Assembly: GCA_977020255.1 (NCBI GenBank)
Contig: CDROCS010002834.1
Location: forward strand, 496,001-560,000
Direction: 5' to 3'
DNA length: 64,000 nt
Source: Obrimoposthia wandeli
Lineage: Eukaryota
Below are positions 52,667-64,000 of the stretch, piece by piece; positions within the stretch are counted from its first letter, which is position 1, and the number at the start of each line of letters is the position of its first letter. The position numbers were made by a program, and so were the translations under genes. Below the pieces are notes generated by a model. That model was not told the origin of the DNA, made no database searches, and saw nothing but the letters and a program-made list of their open reading frames with translations.

Positions 52667-54304
52667 CTACTTACGGCAAGCTCGCCAACCAAGTAACCAG
52701 AACGTGACGCCCATTGCAGCAGACGCTACAGGAATCGTTTCAACATGGTTACTAAAAAGTATGGCAGAACATACCAACAGAGTCGCGCCGATACCAAAAT
52801 AGAATCGGGCAAGCCCTTGATAGCGTCGACTCTCCATGAAATTGTCATAGAGTTTATCGATTCGCTGATTCATTACCTTACCTTGGCGCAAACTGTCGTA
52901 AAGTAATTCTGGCAATTCTGGTAGCTTTTCAGCCCAGAAAGGCGCTTTGTTTTTGATTGCCTCAACAATGGCCTGCGGCCCTACTTGGCGAGACATCCAA
53001 TCTTCAAGGAAAGGCTTTGCTGTGGTCCATAAATCTAATTGTGGATACAGCTGACGTCCAAGCCCTTCAACATATAATAACGTTTTCTGTAATAACACAA
53101 GCTGCGGTTGCACTTCCATATCAAAGCGACGCGCGGTGTTAAACAGATTCAATAGTACATGACCAAATGAGATGTCACATAACGGCTTCTCAAAAATAGG
53201 TTCACATACGGTACGAATTGCAAACTCAAATTCGTCAATATTGGTATCTTGCGGTACCCAACCTGAATCCACATGCAATTCAGCGACCTTGCGGTAATCG
53301 CGATGAAAAAATGCTAACAGGTTTTCCGCTAAATAACGTTTATCTTCACGGTTTAGCGTACCCACAATGCCGCAATCTAATGCAATCCACTGTGGTGTTT
53401 CTGGGTTTTCGTAAGAAACAAAAATATTCCCTGGATGCATGTCTGCATGAAAGAAGCTATCACGAAAGACTTGAGTAAAGAAGATATTAACCGCACTTTC
53501 GGATAACAACTTCATATTGGTGCCATTCGCAATCAATGCATCAATGTCTGAAACTTGAATGCCGTAGATGCGTTCCATGACCAATAAATTGGTACTGCTG
53601 TAGTCAGTGAACATCTCTGGTACATACAGGGTATCACTGTCTTCAAAGTTACGACGCAGCTGGATGCTATTCGCCGCTTCACGCATCATATTGAGTTCAT
53701 CAAGCAACGTTTTTTCATACTCACGCACCACTTCAACCGGGCGTAATAAACGGGCTTCTGGCAATACACGTGCAACGATATGTGCCATACGATACATCAG
53801 TTTGATGTCAGCTTGTATGACAGGAAGAATATCAGGGCGAATAACTTTTAACACCACTTCGCGCCCATTTTCTTTCAATGTCGCGGTATGGACTTGAGCA
53901 ATGGAGGCTGAGGCTAAAGCTGTTTCATCAAAATCATCGAACCAGGTTTCAATTGGGCCACCTAAAGAGAGCTCCATGTGTTCTTTGGCCAACTTGCCAT
54001 CAAACGGTTCAACCTGATCTTGTAACAAAGCCAGTTGATCAGCGATATGCGGGGGGAAAAGATCACGCCGGGTCGACATCATTTGCCCGAACTTGATCCA
54101 TACTGGGCCAAGTTCTTGTAAGGCTAAACGTAGACGTTCACCTAGCGACTTTTCTGGATGCTGATTCTTAATCCAAAATAATGACTTACGCACCATTTTT
54201 GGCATTTTCGTACGCGGGTCTTCTGGCAAAAAGTCATCGAGCCCATACCGTAACTGGACTTCAATGATTTTATAAAGACGCTTGAATTCAGATGGCGTAA
54301 TCAT
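52667..54304 (-). CDS. ubiB: Ubiquinone biosynthesis kinase-like protein
   Basis: [35 protein letters not shown]. Confidence 0.98.
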   Translation of the reverse strand: MITPSEFKRLYKIIEVQLRYGLDDFLPEDPRTKMPKMVRKSLFWIKNQHPEKSLGERLRLALQELGPVWIKFGQMMSTRRDLFPPHIADQLALLQDQVEPFDGKLAKEHMELSLGGPIETWFDDFDETALASASIAQVHTATLKENGREVVLKVIRPDILPVIQADIKLMYRMAHIVARVLPEARLLRPVEVVREYEKTLLDELNMMREAANSIQLRRNFEDSDTLYVPEMFTDYSSTNLLVMERIYGIQVSDIDALIANGTNMKLLSESAVNIFFTQVFRDSFFHADMHPGNIFVSYENPETPQWIALDCGIVGTLNREDKRYLAENLLAFFHRDYRKVAELHVDSGWVPQDTNIDEFEFAIRTVCEPIFEKPLCDISFGHVLLNLFNTARRFDMEVQPQLVLLQKTLLYVEGLGRQLYPQLDLWTTAKPFLEDWMSRQVGPQAIVEAIKNKAPFWAEKLPELPELLYDSLRQGKVMNQRIDKLYDNFMESRRYQGLARFYFGIGATLLVCSAILFSNHVETIPVASAAMGVTFWLLGWRACRK

Positions 54305-54912
54305 GATGGGTGACGCTCTAATAACTGATTAAATCGCGCTTCAAGGCGTGAAGAATCTGACTTTAAGTCATCCACTTGATCAGCAAAATAGGCAATTTCT
54401 AAGGCTTGTGGTGCTAGCTTCCATTCTTCGGTAATGATTTCCGCTAAGTCACGCTGACGACGTTCAACACTGCGCTGAATAAAACGCGCACTGTTTTTCA
54501 ATCCACTGACAACGGTGTGTGCAACGATATCACCGGTATATTGAGACAGTTTTTCTTCAACATCAGGTTTTAGACCACTAAGCAACGCAGAAAATTGCTG
54601 GGCTAACTGGATATCACCTTCTAATGAAAGCTTATCGGCTTTAATCAGTTGGGTCAGATTCGCCTGCTGACGCAGTTCAGAAAGCACACTTAGGTTAAGC
54701 GCTAATTGACAATCAACATCACCGTCATAAACCGCCAACACATCAATTTGCTGACTAAATATGAAAATCAGTTGCTTACCAAATTCATTAATCGTTACGC
54801 TAATGATTTTTCCGCGTAAACGCGCTAAACGACGCTGACTGTCAGCATCGTCTTTCAATAACGTATTAAGCGAAGTTTCTACCGCGCCAGTGACCAAAGC
54901 ATCAAATGACAT
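54301..54912 (-). CDS. ubiJ: Ubiquinone biosynthesis accessory factor (SCP2 domain)
   Basis: SCP2-like N-terminus, [15 protein letters not shown]; between ubiE and ubiB. Confidence 0.92.
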   Translation of the reverse strand: MSFDALVTGAVETSLNTLLKDDADSQRRLARLRGKIISVTINEFGKQLIFIFSQQIDVLAVYDGDVDCQLALNLSVLSELRQQANLTQLIKADKLSLEGDIQLAQQFSALLSGLKPDVEEKLSQYTGDIVAHTVVSGLKNSARFIQRSVERRQRDLAEIITEEWKLAPQALEIAYFADQVDDLKSDSSRLEARFNQLLERHPS

Positions 54913-54919
54913 ACAGTCC

Positions 54920-55675
54920 TCAGAACTTAAAACCACGATGCAGCGCAACAATACCACCGGTTAGGTTGTAATAGTTGGTTTGCTCAAAACCTGCATCATC
55001 CATCATACCTTTTAAGGTTTCTTGATTCGGATGCATACGGATAGATTCTGCGAGGTAACGATAACTTTCTGCATCGTTAGCAATCAATTCACCCATTTTA
55101 GGCAGTAAATAGAACGAATACGCATCGTAAACTTTAGATAACGGCTCAATAATCGGTTTAGAGAACTCTAACACTAACAAACGACCACCGGGCTTCAGTA
55201 CACGATACATCGAGCGTAATGCTTTCTCTTTGTCGGTCACATTACGCAAGCAAAAACTGATCGTAATACAATCGAAGTAGTCGTCAGGGAATGGCAATTC
55301 TTCTGCATTCGCCTGCACGTAACCTACGTTACCAACAATGCCAGAATCGCGCAATTTACTGCGACCCACCTTCAGCATTGAATTGTTGATGTCAGCCAAG
55401 ATAACTTGACCCTCATCCCCAACAATACGTGAGAATTTTGCGGTTAAATCACCCGTACCACCGCCTAAATCCAACACGCGATTACCACGGCGCACACCAC
55501 TACAATCAATAGTAAAACGCTTCCATACTCTGTGAATACCCAGCGACATCATGTCATTCATAATGTCGTATTTAGCTGCAACGGAATGGAATACATCCGC
55601 GACTAAATTCACTTTGTCGTCCTTGGCTACGGTTCGATAGCCGAAATGAGTCGTATCTTGTGTGGTATCCGTCAT
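54920..55675 (-). CDS. ubiE: Ubiquinone/menaquinone C-methyltransferase
   Basis: [35 protein letters not shown]. Confidence 0.98.
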   Translation of the reverse strand: MTDTTQDTTHFGYRTVAKDDKVNLVADVFHSVAAKYDIMNDMMSLGIHRVWKRFTIDCSGVRRGNRVLDLGGGTGDLTAKFSRIVGDEGQVILADINNSMLKVGRSKLRDSGIVGNVGYVQANAEELPFPDDYFDCITISFCLRNVTDKEKALRSMYRVLKPGGRLLVLEFSKPIIEPLSKVYDAYSFYLLPKMGELIANDAESYRYLAESIRMHPNQETLKGMMDDAGFEQTNYYNLTGGIVALHRGFKF

Positions 55676-55749
55676 GCTATATCCGTTATGCTTATATTTG
55701 TGTAAATAACCAGCGTAGTGTACTTGATGGTTGAGCTTTGCTCAAAGCA

Positions 55750-57291
55750 CTACGACAAATCATTTGCTGCAGAGCGCTCTGAATTACCTCTTTCGGGTAG
55801 TTCATTCAAGGTAGATTGCGCTTTTTCTACCAGTATTGGGTTAATATCACGCTTAACTTCAACCCCAAGCTGCTTAAATCCTTCCGCTTGGCGAATTACA
55901 TTGCCTCTCCCTAAGGTCAATTTATTCATTGCCCCTTGATAACTTTGAGTTGCCTTATCAAGTGATACGCCTACCGTTTCCATATCGGTCACAAACAAAC
56001 GTAATTTGTCGTATAACTTACTGGCGCGTTCAGCAATTTGTTTGGCATTTTGATTTTGACGATCATTACGCCATAAGTTGTTTATCGTACGCAATGCCAC
56101 CAGCAATGTCGTCGGACTCACTAACATAATGTTCAAATCCATCGCATCACGGATCAAACCGGGGTCAGTCTCGATGGCAGCTTGGAACGCAGGTTCTACC
56201 GGTATAAACATCAATACATAATCGAGGCTATGTAGCCCATGTAGCTGATGATAATCTTTACGGCTTAACCCGCGCATGTGCGCTCGTAACGAAGCAGCAT
56301 GTTCACTTAACGCCAATTCGCGCTCAGCAATAGTGTCGGCATTAAAGAAGCGTTCGTACGCGACCAGTGACATTTTAGCATCTACCACCACATCTTTATC
56401 TTGCGGTAAATGCACCACTACGTCGGGCTGGTAGCGTTTTCCGTCTTCATTTTCTAAGCTGACTTGCGTTTGGTATTCGTGCCCTTCACGTAAACCGGAT
56501 TCACTCAACACCCGTGCCAATACTACCTCACCCCAATTACCTTGCGCTTTATTGTCCCCTTTTAGTGCTTGAGTCAGGTTGACGGCTTCTTGTGCCATCT
56601 GCTCATTCAAGTGTTTAAGGTTATTAATTTCATGCACTAAGGTGTGGCGTTCACGTGATTCTTGGCTGAAATTGTCATTCACTTGTTTCTTAAAACCTTC
56701 AAGCTGTGCTTTTAATGGGCTAAGAATCGATTCCATACTAAGTTTGTTTTGTTCATCAACCGTTCGGGTTTTCTGTTCAAACAGTCGGTTGGCTAAACTT
56801 TCAAATTGCACCCGTAAACGTTCTTCTGCATTAACGAGTAGTGCAATTTTTTCTTCAGCGGCTTTTTGTTCTTCAAAATGGCGCGCGTCTTGTTCTCTCA
56901 AGTCCCCTTCAAGCCCAGCATTGGCTGCTCGTGCATTTTCCAGTTGTTCAGAAAAGTATTGTTTTTCATTTTTCAGCGCTTCGAAATGACGCATTTTTTC
57001 CAATGCGGCGGCAAGACGACCGTGCATTTGGCGTAATTCATTGGTCAAGCGATCGCGCTCGACATCAAGCTCATCTAATTCACCATTACGTTCGGTTAAT
57101 TGCGCTTGAATTTGGTGCTCACGGCTTTGTGCCAACCGTATGCCGGCATCAATCTGCTGTTGGAATAACTGTGCCTGTTGCTGCACGCGTCCTTTCATCC
57201 AGATTGCGGTTAACACACTCGCAATAGTTGCACCGGACATTGCAGCCAATACCGCCAGTACCCCCCCGTTAAGCCATTCAGCCATTATCAT
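55750..57291 (-). CDS. rmuC: DNA recombination protein RmuC
   Basis: Coiled-coil N-terminus, QGNWGE, PD..VDAK, LMFIPVE. Confidence 0.96.
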   Translation of the reverse strand: MIMAEWLNGGVLAVLAAMSGATIASVLTAIWMKGRVQQQAQLFQQQIDAGIRLAQSREHQIQAQLTERNGELDELDVERDRLTNELRQMHGRLAAALEKMRHFEALKNEKQYFSEQLENARAANAGLEGDLREQDARHFEEQKAAEEKIALLVNAEERLRVQFESLANRLFEQKTRTVDEQNKLSMESILSPLKAQLEGFKKQVNDNFSQESRERHTLVHEINNLKHLNEQMAQEAVNLTQALKGDNKAQGNWGEVVLARVLSESGLREGHEYQTQVSLENEDGKRYQPDVVVHLPQDKDVVVDAKMSLVAYERFFNADTIAERELALSEHAASLRAHMRGLSRKDYHQLHGLHSLDYVLMFIPVEPAFQAAIETDPGLIRDAMDLNIMLVSPTTLLVALRTINNLWRNDRQNQNAKQIAERASKLYDKLRLFVTDMETVGVSLDKATQSYQGAMNKLTLGRGNVIRQAEGFKQLGVEVKRDINPILVEKAQSTLNELPERGNSERSAANDLS

Positions 57292-57338
57292 TTAAACCTG
57301 AAAAAAGAGAAATATCAGATATAAAGGCTAAGTGGATA

Positions 57339-57354
57339 CTGGATAAATGTCCAG
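57339..57354. promoter_or_regulatory. LexA (SOS) box upstream of rmuC
   Basis: CTGGATAAATGTCCAG = CTG-N10-CAG, preceded by TA. Confidence 0.8.
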
Positions 57355-57511
57355 CAGTTATCCGTTAGCGAAAACCAAGTGAAAAATAGTGATGAAAATT
57401 ACGCGGAGACAATCACAGCGTTGAAAGATGTGATCTAGTTGTTAGAAAAACAATCGCATAGACTAGCGCACTGAACCACCCTCTTTTTATAAACCAAATC
57501 GTAGGAAAACA

Positions 57512-58414
57512 ATGAACGAACGTCATGCGCTCGGATATGGCTTAGCGGCTGTATTACTCTGGTCTACCGTCGCAACCGCTTTTAAGATCACCCTTGAATA
57601 TTTCACCCCGATTCAAATGATGGTAGCGGCCAGTATTGTTTCAGCTATCGCGCTGACGGCAATTGCCCTCTATCAAGGCAAGCTGCACTTATTAGGCCGA
57701 ACGTTTACCGCCCGTCCTTTTTATTACCTTACGCTTGGTTTGATCAACCCTTTTGCTTATTACCTCATCTTATTTAAATCGTATGAATTGCTGCCTGCTT
57801 CTCAAGCTCAACCGCTCAACTATAGCTGGGCAATTACCCTGACATTGATGGCTGCGGTATTCTTAGGTCATAAAATTCGCAAGCAAGATTGGGCGGCTTG
57901 TGCGCTGGGTTATTTCGGTGTGGTGGTGATTGCAACTAAAGGCAATATTACCGCGTTACAGTTTGATAGCCCCTTAGGTGTCGGACTGGCATTATTCTCA
58001 ACCATTCTATGGGCGATGTATTGGATCTTAAATGCTAAAAATAAAGCCGACCCAGTACTCGGAGTATTATTGGGCTTTTTGGTGTCGTTGCCTTTTTCGA
58101 TTGGCTTAAGTGTGTATTTAGGCGGTTGGAAACCAGTGCCATGGCAAGGTTGGATGGCCGTGAGTTACGTCGGCCTATTCGAAATGGGGATCACCTTCGT
58201 CTTGTGGATAAACGCATTACGCCTAACCAACAATACGGCACGGATCAGTAACTTGATTTTCATCTCGCCGTTTATTTCTCTGTTACTGTTAGCTACGATT
58301 ATTGGCGAAGAAATTCACCCATCGACTTTGGTCGGTTTGGTACTAATAGTCTGCGGTCTCTTGATCCAACAGTGGAAAGGCAAGAAGGCTCCCGCAGCAA
58401 ACACGTCGAGCTAA
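57512..58414 (+). CDS. DMT/EamA family transporter
   Basis: LLWSTVATAFK, two EamA repeats, LIFISPFISL. Confidence 0.9.
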   Translation: MNERHALGYGLAAVLLWSTVATAFKITLEYFTPIQMMVAASIVSAIALTAIALYQGKLHLLGRTFTARPFYYLTLGLINPFAYYLILFKSYELLPASQAQPLNYSWAITLTLMAAVFLGHKIRKQDWAACALGYFGVVVIATKGNITALQFDSPLGVGLALFSTILWAMYWILNAKNKADPVLGVLLGFLVSLPFSIGLSVYLGGWKPVPWQGWMAVSYVGLFEMGITFVLWINALRLTNNTARISNLIFISPFISLLLLATIIGEEIHPSTLVGLVLIVCGLLIQQWKGKKAPAANTSS

Positions 58415-58537
58415 TGCATCGAACCTAATACCAAGACAAAAAAAAGCCTGTCACAAAGACAGGCTAACGTTTTACACGGGTTGTCGAGACCCAGCGCCTC
58501 TAGAAGAACAAAGGCGTCTAGTTATAAACTCTTTTAC

Positions 58538-59758
58538 TTAATTTGCTGCGACCGTGTGCCATTTACGACCCACCTTAGACCAAAGAATCAATAAACCAGG
58601 GATCACTAGCCACATTTGGAACGTCAATAGAATTGGTGGAGAAAAATCTAAACGTTGCGTCAAACTCACCATTAAACCTGCACCACTCATTTGAAATAAA
58701 CCCAGTAATGCCGCAGCGGTTCCTGCACGGTCACCAAAGGGTGCAAGTGCTTTACCAGCCGATGAACCGAGAACAAATGCAAAGCCAAATGAACAGATAA
58801 AGATAGGCAGCATAAATGCCCATGCTTGCGCGATGTTGCTCAATACCAACATTGCCGCACCAGCACCAATTAATAAGATCAGCCCTGTTTTAAGCGTACG
58901 ACGGGTACCAAAGCGATCCATGTATTTGGGTGCGACCATACACGCTAAAATATTGAGTGCGGCATTAATACCAAACCAAATCGTGAATTGCCCCATATCC
59001 TGACCGAGCTCCATCATCAACCAAACTGGTGCTGATGTAACGTAAGCCAGAATAACTGCCATTGCTAACATACATAGTGTCGCGTGGAATAAGAAAACCG
59101 GTTCACGCAATACTGACATATAACGTTCGAAGCTAATCATCGAACCTTGAATGTTGGTATCCGCTGGGCGTGTTTCTTTAAAGCTAATAGCTATAAAGCT
59201 ACCTGCTACAATCGCAAAACCCGCCATAAAACTAAAGTTAGAACGCCAACCAAATTCATGGGTTAACCATGAACCAAGAATCGGTGCTAAAGCTGGAATG
59301 AAGCAGATTGCCCCGTTTAAATAGCTGATCATACGACCGCTACGTTCAGGACCAAAACTATCACGCACTGCCGCAAAAGCCGCAACTGATGTCGCACAAG
59401 CGCCGAAACCTTGTAATAAACGCGCCACCAGCAATAAATCTAATGTTTGTGCCCAATACGCCATTGCGGCACTCAATGCGTAAATAGTGATACCACCCAA
59501 CGCAATAGGGCGACGACCAAAGCGATCAGCTAATGGACCCGCCAATAGTTGACCAAGACCTAAACTAAACATGAACCATGTAACGGTATCTTGCACACGT
59601 GTTGTATCTACCGCAAATTCCTTTGCCATTGCTGGCAATGCAGGTAAATAAATATCGATCGCAAGAGGACTAAATAAAACAAGTACCACCATTAAGGCGA
59701 CTAATCTTGTTGCTGATACGGCTATTGATTGACTTGCCGTTGCTGTTTCTGGCTGCAT
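58538..59758 (-). CDS. MFS multidrug efflux transporter (Bcr/CflA/MdtL-like)
   Basis: IDIYLPA, GPLADRFGRRP, RLLQG, APILG. Confidence 0.9.
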   Translation of the reverse strand: MQPETATASQSIAVSATRLVALMVVLVLFSPLAIDIYLPALPAMAKEFAVDTTRVQDTVTWFMFSLGLGQLLAGPLADRFGRRPIALGGITIYALSAAMAYWAQTLDLLLVARLLQGFGACATSVAAFAAVRDSFGPERSGRMISYLNGAICFIPALAPILGSWLTHEFGWRSNFSFMAGFAIVAGSFIAISFKETRPADTNIQGSMISFERYMSVLREPVFLFHATLCMLAMAVILAYVTSAPVWLMMELGQDMGQFTIWFGINAALNILACMVAPKYMDRFGTRRTLKTGLILLIGAGAAMLVLSNIAQAWAFMLPIFICSFGFAFVLGSSAGKALAPFGDRAGTAAALLGLFQMSGAGLMVSLTQRLDFSPPILLTFQMWLVIPGLLILWSKVGRKWHTVAAN

Positions 59759-59874
59759 GTTACTTTCCTATTTAATGACAGCGGCAGTCTAAGGCTTTAG
59801 TGATATGAATAGAAATGGTTTATATTCAAACCAGAATTTCCATTTTGGAATATCACTTTTTGCAGGGGTGCACT

Positions 59875-60831
59875 GTGTCATTCGAAAAGCTTGCCCGACT
59901 TGATCTTAATCTCTTAGTTTGTCTGCATGTATTGCTTGAAGAGTGCAGCGTTACTCATGCCGCAAAACGCCTTAACCTCAGTCAATCGGCGGTGAGTAAA
60001 ACCTTAACGCGCTTACGTGACCAATTTAATGACCCTTTATTTACCCGCTCTGCTCACGGTATCAAACCCACCCCTCGCGCGCTGGCATTAGTCCCGCTAT
60101 TAGAACAATTATTACGGGATATCGAAAACCTTACTGCCCCCGCAATCTTTGAGCCGAAAAGCAGTGACCGTCATTTTAAAATGGCGCTGGTAGAAAGTGC
60201 CTATCCTTTATTTTTGCCGCAGTTTCTTGGTGATATATTTTCTGAAGGCCCCAATATTATTCTCGATACCCGCGCGTGGGAGCGTAATGCTTTTGATAAA
60301 TTGCAACGTGGAGAAATCGATTTCGGGATCACAGGTAAAGATCTGAACCCCAAAGATGCAATGCTGACATTGATGCCACCTAAAGGCATAATTTCTCAAG
60401 AACTATGTCGCGACACCCAGTGCTGCATCGTACGTAAAAGGCACCCTATTTTGAGCCCTGACAGCCCTGAGTGGGATCAAGATTATTACCTTAAACAACG
60501 CCATATTCAGGTACGCTGTGGGCAAGATGATCGCTGGTTATTGGATTATAAATTAGCAGAACAGGGCCTGACGCGTGATATTGCGATGTATGTACCCGAC
60601 TTCAACAGTGCTGCGAGCTTATGTACTCACACCGATTTAGTGTTTACCGCGCCGAGTCACTTCGCAAATTACATTGCCGCTCAATTAGATTTAGTGGTAC
60701 TGCCTCTACCCTCAGAACTTCCTGCTATGGCTTACACATTATTCTGGCATCAACATCAAGAAAAAGACCTTGGGCATAGTTGGTTACGTCAAATTATCAT
60801 CAGTCGTTGTCGTGATTTATCTTCCGTCTAA
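59875..60831 (+). CDS. LysR family regulator (YidZ-like), divergent from the MFS gene
   Basis: DLNLLVCL...SQSAVSKTLTRLRDQFNDPLF; GTG start at 59875. Confidence 0.92.
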   Translation: MSFEKLARLDLNLLVCLHVLLEECSVTHAAKRLNLSQSAVSKTLTRLRDQFNDPLFTRSAHGIKPTPRALALVPLLEQLLRDIENLTAPAIFEPKSSDRHFKMALVESAYPLFLPQFLGDIFSEGPNIILDTRAWERNAFDKLQRGEIDFGITGKDLNPKDAMLTLMPPKGIISQELCRDTQCCIVRKRHPILSPDSPEWDQDYYLKQRHIQVRCGQDDRWLLDYKLAEQGLTRDIAMYVPDFNSAASLCTHTDLVFTAPSHFANYIAAQLDLVVLPLPSELPAMAYTLFWHQHQEKDLGHSWLRQIIISRCRDLSSV

Positions 60832-61029
60832 TTGCAGCCAGCCAACAAAAGCGATAACGTAATACGATATGCCAAAGCAACTGAGTGCGATAACCGAGAT
60901 ATAAAAAAGTGCACCTCATTGTTCAATAATTAATGCTCAGTAGTTAACGTTCAGTAATCAACGCTTAATTATTTCGGCTGGCAACTTTCCGTCACACAGA
61001 CGGTGACATACAACAAGGAACCTCAAAAC

Positions 61030-62817
61030 ATGCAAGCAGCTATCTCACAACGTGTTGAGCAGATCCGCCAATGGTTGATTAGCAATCAACTCGACGCTTT
61101 GCTTATTCCTCATGAAGATGAATACCTCGGCGAATACATTCCCGCGCATAATGAACGCTTACTTTGGGCTACCGGCTTTACTGGCTCTGCGGGTATGGCT
61201 GTGATCACCCGTGATAAGGCCGCCGTTTTTGTTGACGGTCGTTACGTGGTTCAAGTACGCAAGCAAGTACCGGGTGATGTATTTGAATACCGTCATCTTA
61301 TTGAAGAGCCACCAGTACAGTGGGCGCAAGATAACCTGACTGCTGGCAGTAAAGTGGCTATTGATGCACGCCTTCATAGCGGCGCATGGTTAACACGAAC
61401 AACAGAAAGCCTTGCGGGTGCATTAGAGCTTGTATGTATAGATCAAAACCCTATCGAAACGCTATGGCACGATCGTCCTGCAGCAACATTGTCTAACGCA
61501 AAGTTGATGGGATTAGATTTTGTTGGTCAAAACAGTACTGATAAACGCAGTGAAATTGCAGCAAAACTCACCAACCTAAAAGCTGAAGCAGCGTTATTAA
61601 CACAAGTCGATAGTATTGCGTGGTTATTAAACGTGCGTGGTAGCGATGTGCCAAGCCTACCGGTTTTGTTATCAACAGCCATTATTCATGCTGACGCAAG
61701 CGTCGATTTCTACATTGACCCAGCTCGCTTACCTGAAGAGTTTGCCTCACACGTTGGTGATGGTGTTCGTATTCATCAACCTGACGCACTGGAAGCGGGT
61801 TTACAGGCATTAAGTGGCAAGCAGGTATTGATAGATCCAGCAACAAGTAATGCATGGGCAGGTCAAACATTACATACTGCAGGTGCCAACCTTGTTGAAG
61901 CCGCTGATCCTTGTTTGCTGCCAAAAGCACAAAAAAATTCAACCGAAATGGCAGGCATGAAAGCCTGTCATATTCGTGATGGTGTTGCAGTCTCTAAATA
62001 TTTAGCATGGGTAGATGCACAGGTTGCTGCGGGTAACTTACTCGATGAAGGCACACTATCTGACAAGTTATGGCAGTTCCGTATTCAAGATACCAGCTGT
62101 ACTGATGTGAGCTTTGATACGATTTCAGCAGCAGGCAGCAACGCTGCAATGTGTCACTACAATCACTTAAACCAACCAGAACCTAGCGTACTGGAAATGG
62201 ATAATGTGTACCTTGTCGATTCAGGCGGTCAGTACCCAGATGGCACAACCGATATCACGCGTACCATTGCGATTGGTCAGCCTGGCGATGAGGTTAAGCA
62301 CACTTTTACCTTGGTATTAAAAGGTCATATCGCTTTAGCATCAGCTCGCTTTCCAAAGGGCACAACAGGCTCTCAGCTTGATGCATTAGCCCGTCAACAC
62401 CTATGGGCAAATGGCTTCGACTACGACCACGGTACTGGTCATGGTGTGGGTCACTTCCTCAGTGTGCATGAGGGACCGCAACGTATTGCGAAAAACTACA
62501 ACCCAACCGCCTTGCTACCGGGCATGGTGTTATCGAACGAGCCGGGTTACTACCGCGCAGATGCCTTTGGTATTCGTATTGAAAACCTAGAGTTGATTGT
62601 TGAAGTCGAGACCCAAGGTGACATGACCGTTATGGGCTTTGAGTCGTTAACGCGTGCACCGATTGATCGCCGTTTAATTGATTTAAGCTTGCTGAATGAT
62701 GTTGAATTAGCTTGGTTAAACAATTACCACCACACGGTATTTACCGTGATTAGCCCATCTCTTGAAGGCGATGAGCTAGCATGGCTTGCACAAGCGACAG
62801 CACCACTGAAACGCTAA
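61030..62817 (+). CDS. Aminopeptidase P family (M24B, XPNPEP1-like) protein
   Basis: TGFTGSAG, DGRY, DSGGQY, GTTDITRT, HGTGHGVG, VHEGP, NEPGYY, GIRIEN. Confidence 0.95.
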   Translation: MQAAISQRVEQIRQWLISNQLDALLIPHEDEYLGEYIPAHNERLLWATGFTGSAGMAVITRDKAAVFVDGRYVVQVRKQVPGDVFEYRHLIEEPPVQWAQDNLTAGSKVAIDARLHSGAWLTRTTESLAGALELVCIDQNPIETLWHDRPAATLSNAKLMGLDFVGQNSTDKRSEIAAKLTNLKAEAALLTQVDSIAWLLNVRGSDVPSLPVLLSTAIIHADASVDFYIDPARLPEEFASHVGDGVRIHQPDALEAGLQALSGKQVLIDPATSNAWAGQTLHTAGANLVEAADPCLLPKAQKNSTEMAGMKACHIRDGVAVSKYLAWVDAQVAAGNLLDEGTLSDKLWQFRIQDTSCTDVSFDTISAAGSNAAMCHYNHLNQPEPSVLEMDNVYLVDSGGQYPDGTTDITRTIAIGQPGDEVKHTFTLVLKGHIALASARFPKGTTGSQLDALARQHLWANGFDYDHGTGHGVGHFLSVHEGPQRIAKNYNPTALLPGMVLSNEPGYYRADAFGIRIENLELIVEVETQGDMTVMGFESLTRAPIDRRLIDLSLLNDVELAWLNNYHHTVFTVISPSLEGDELAWLAQATAPLKR

Positions 62818-62855
62818 ATCACTCGTTGATTCTAATTCAGTAAATAGAACAAACT

Positions 62856-62910
62856 AAAACGCCCGTATACATGTTTAGCGAAAATTCGCTGAAGTATACG
62901 GGCGTTTTTT
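62856..62910. terminator. Long hairpin terminator between the peptidase gene and thiH
   Basis: AAAACGCCCGTATAC...GTATACGGGCGTTTTTT. Confidence 0.85.
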
Positions 62911-62954
62911 ATTGCGCTAAACATGACGCTAAAAAATGATCATTCTATCTGACA

Positions 62955-64000
62955 CTAGCCGGAGTAAGCATGGTGCCAATCTTTCCATACCACTTCAAAA
63001 CCATTCTGCTTAACGGCAGCAGCCACATCAGCAACTGAACGATCATCACTAATCGAAAATTGCTCCAGCTCTGGTTCATCGTTAGCATAACCACCCGGTT
63101 GAGTTTTCGATCCTGCTGACATGCTCGTTACGCCTAGTGGTAATACATTATCGCGAAACTCGGGAGATTCTCGAGTCGATAATGATAATTCCACTTGCGG
63201 ATTAAACATCCGATAAGCACAGATCAACTGAACTAACTGGCGATCACTCATTATCGATTTAGGCTGCAACCCCCCTTCACACGGGCGTAGGCGCGGGAAG
63301 GAAATTGAATATCGGGTTTGCCAATACGTGCGTTCAAGGTAATCAAGGTGGGTCGCGGCAAAGAAGCAATCTGTCCGCCACTCTTCAAGCCCTATCAGTG
63401 CACCGATCCCGATTTTATCTATCCCAGCTTTAGCCAAGCGATCTGGCGTGGCGAGGCGATATTCAAAGTCCATTTTATTGCCCCGCAAATGGTGTTCAGC
63501 ATAAGTCGGTGCGCTATAGGTTTCTTGATACACCATCACGGCATCCAACCCTAAGGTTTTCAGCTCAGCATATTCTTCTTGTTCTAACGGCTGTACTTCC
63601 ATTGCCAGATAACTAAATTGCTGTTTGATCGCAGGCACACTTTTGCGAAAGTATTCCATGCCCACTTTGCGCTCATGCTCACCCGTTACCAATAATATGC
63701 TATCAAAGTTCATCGCTTTGATGGCTTGGCATTCTTGGTTAATTTCTTCCAAGGTAAGCGTACGACGCTTAATCCGGTTTTCCATTGAAAAACCACAGTA
63801 AGTACAGGCATTGGCACAAAGGTTAGAAAGATACAGGGGCACATAAAACGACATGGTGTGTCCAAATCGTTTACGGGTTAATGCCGCAGATTGCTGCGCC
63901 ATTTGTTCTAAATACGGTTCAGCCGCTGGAGAGATCAATGCTTTGAAATCGTCCAAATCACGCTTCGATTTACGTAACGCACGCTCTACATCTGTCGCTG
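62955..64000 (-). CDS. thiH: 2-iminoacetate synthase (radical SAM); 5' end lies outside the window
   Basis: CANACTYC motif, YQETY, SFPRLRP, SAGSKTQPGGY; frame stays open to 64000 (ATDVERALRKSKRDL...). Confidence 0.96.
   Translation of the reverse strand, partial: ATDVERALRKSKRDLDDFKALISPAAEPYLEQMAQQSAALTRKRFGHTMSFYVPLYLSNLCANACTYCGFSMENRIKRRTLTLEEINQECQAIKAMNFDSILLVTGEHERKVGMEYFRKSVPAIKQQFSYLAMEVQPLEQEEYAELKTLGLDAVMVYQETYSAPTYAEHHLRGNKMDFEYRLATPDRLAKAGIDKIGIGALIGLEEWRTDCFFAATHLDYLERTYWQTRYSISFPRLRPCEGGLQPKSIMSDRQLVQLICAYRMFNPQVELSLSTRESPEFRDNVLPLGVTSMSAGSKTQPGGYANDEPELEQFSISDDRSVADVAAAVKQNGFEVVWKDWHHAYSG

Noticed and set aside
56579-57227. Long + strand ORFs within rmuC
   Set aside because: Antisense shadows of a coiled-coil coding region; no RBS or motifs

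Overview
Gene-dense core-chromosome segment of a Vibrionaceae bacterium. Gene order and the aa3/caa3-type cytochrome c oxidase operon next to lexA suggest Photobacterium chromosome I (inference, not confirmed by search). In order, it carries the cox operon, a SAM methyltransferase, lexA, plsB, ubiAC, an orphan fliL, glpD-glpR-glpT-glpG-glpE, rpoH-ftsXEY, rsmD-yhhL and several small genes. Then come an acyltransferase, SDR, abgT, LysR, patatin, an EAL-HDOD (CdgJ-like) gene, rhtB, pldB, a Cof hydrolase, EVE, a lipoprotein, DTW, calB-TetR, yhiN, mscS, uspB, ftnA, uspA, hemB, tatDCBA, ubiBJE, rmuC, transporters, an aminopeptidase P family gene and thiH (cut by the window edge). I found no tRNA, rRNA, CRISPR array, transposase, integrase or prophage gene, and no multi-gene novel system is evident. 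The best unexplained signals are non-coding or very small: (1) a ~600-bp DnaA-box/GATC cluster between glpE and the rpoH terminator (DARS/datA-like candidate); (2) a complete but unannotated transcription unit for a 26-aa hydrophobic peptide behind a ~750-bp AT-rich region containing phased repeats; (3) a membrane-anchored minimal HEPN-like protein; (4) several regulatory motifs that can be read directly (SOS, Fur, GlpR, TetR operator, tandem palindromes upstream of rpoH). All calls come from reading the sequence; no database searches were run.
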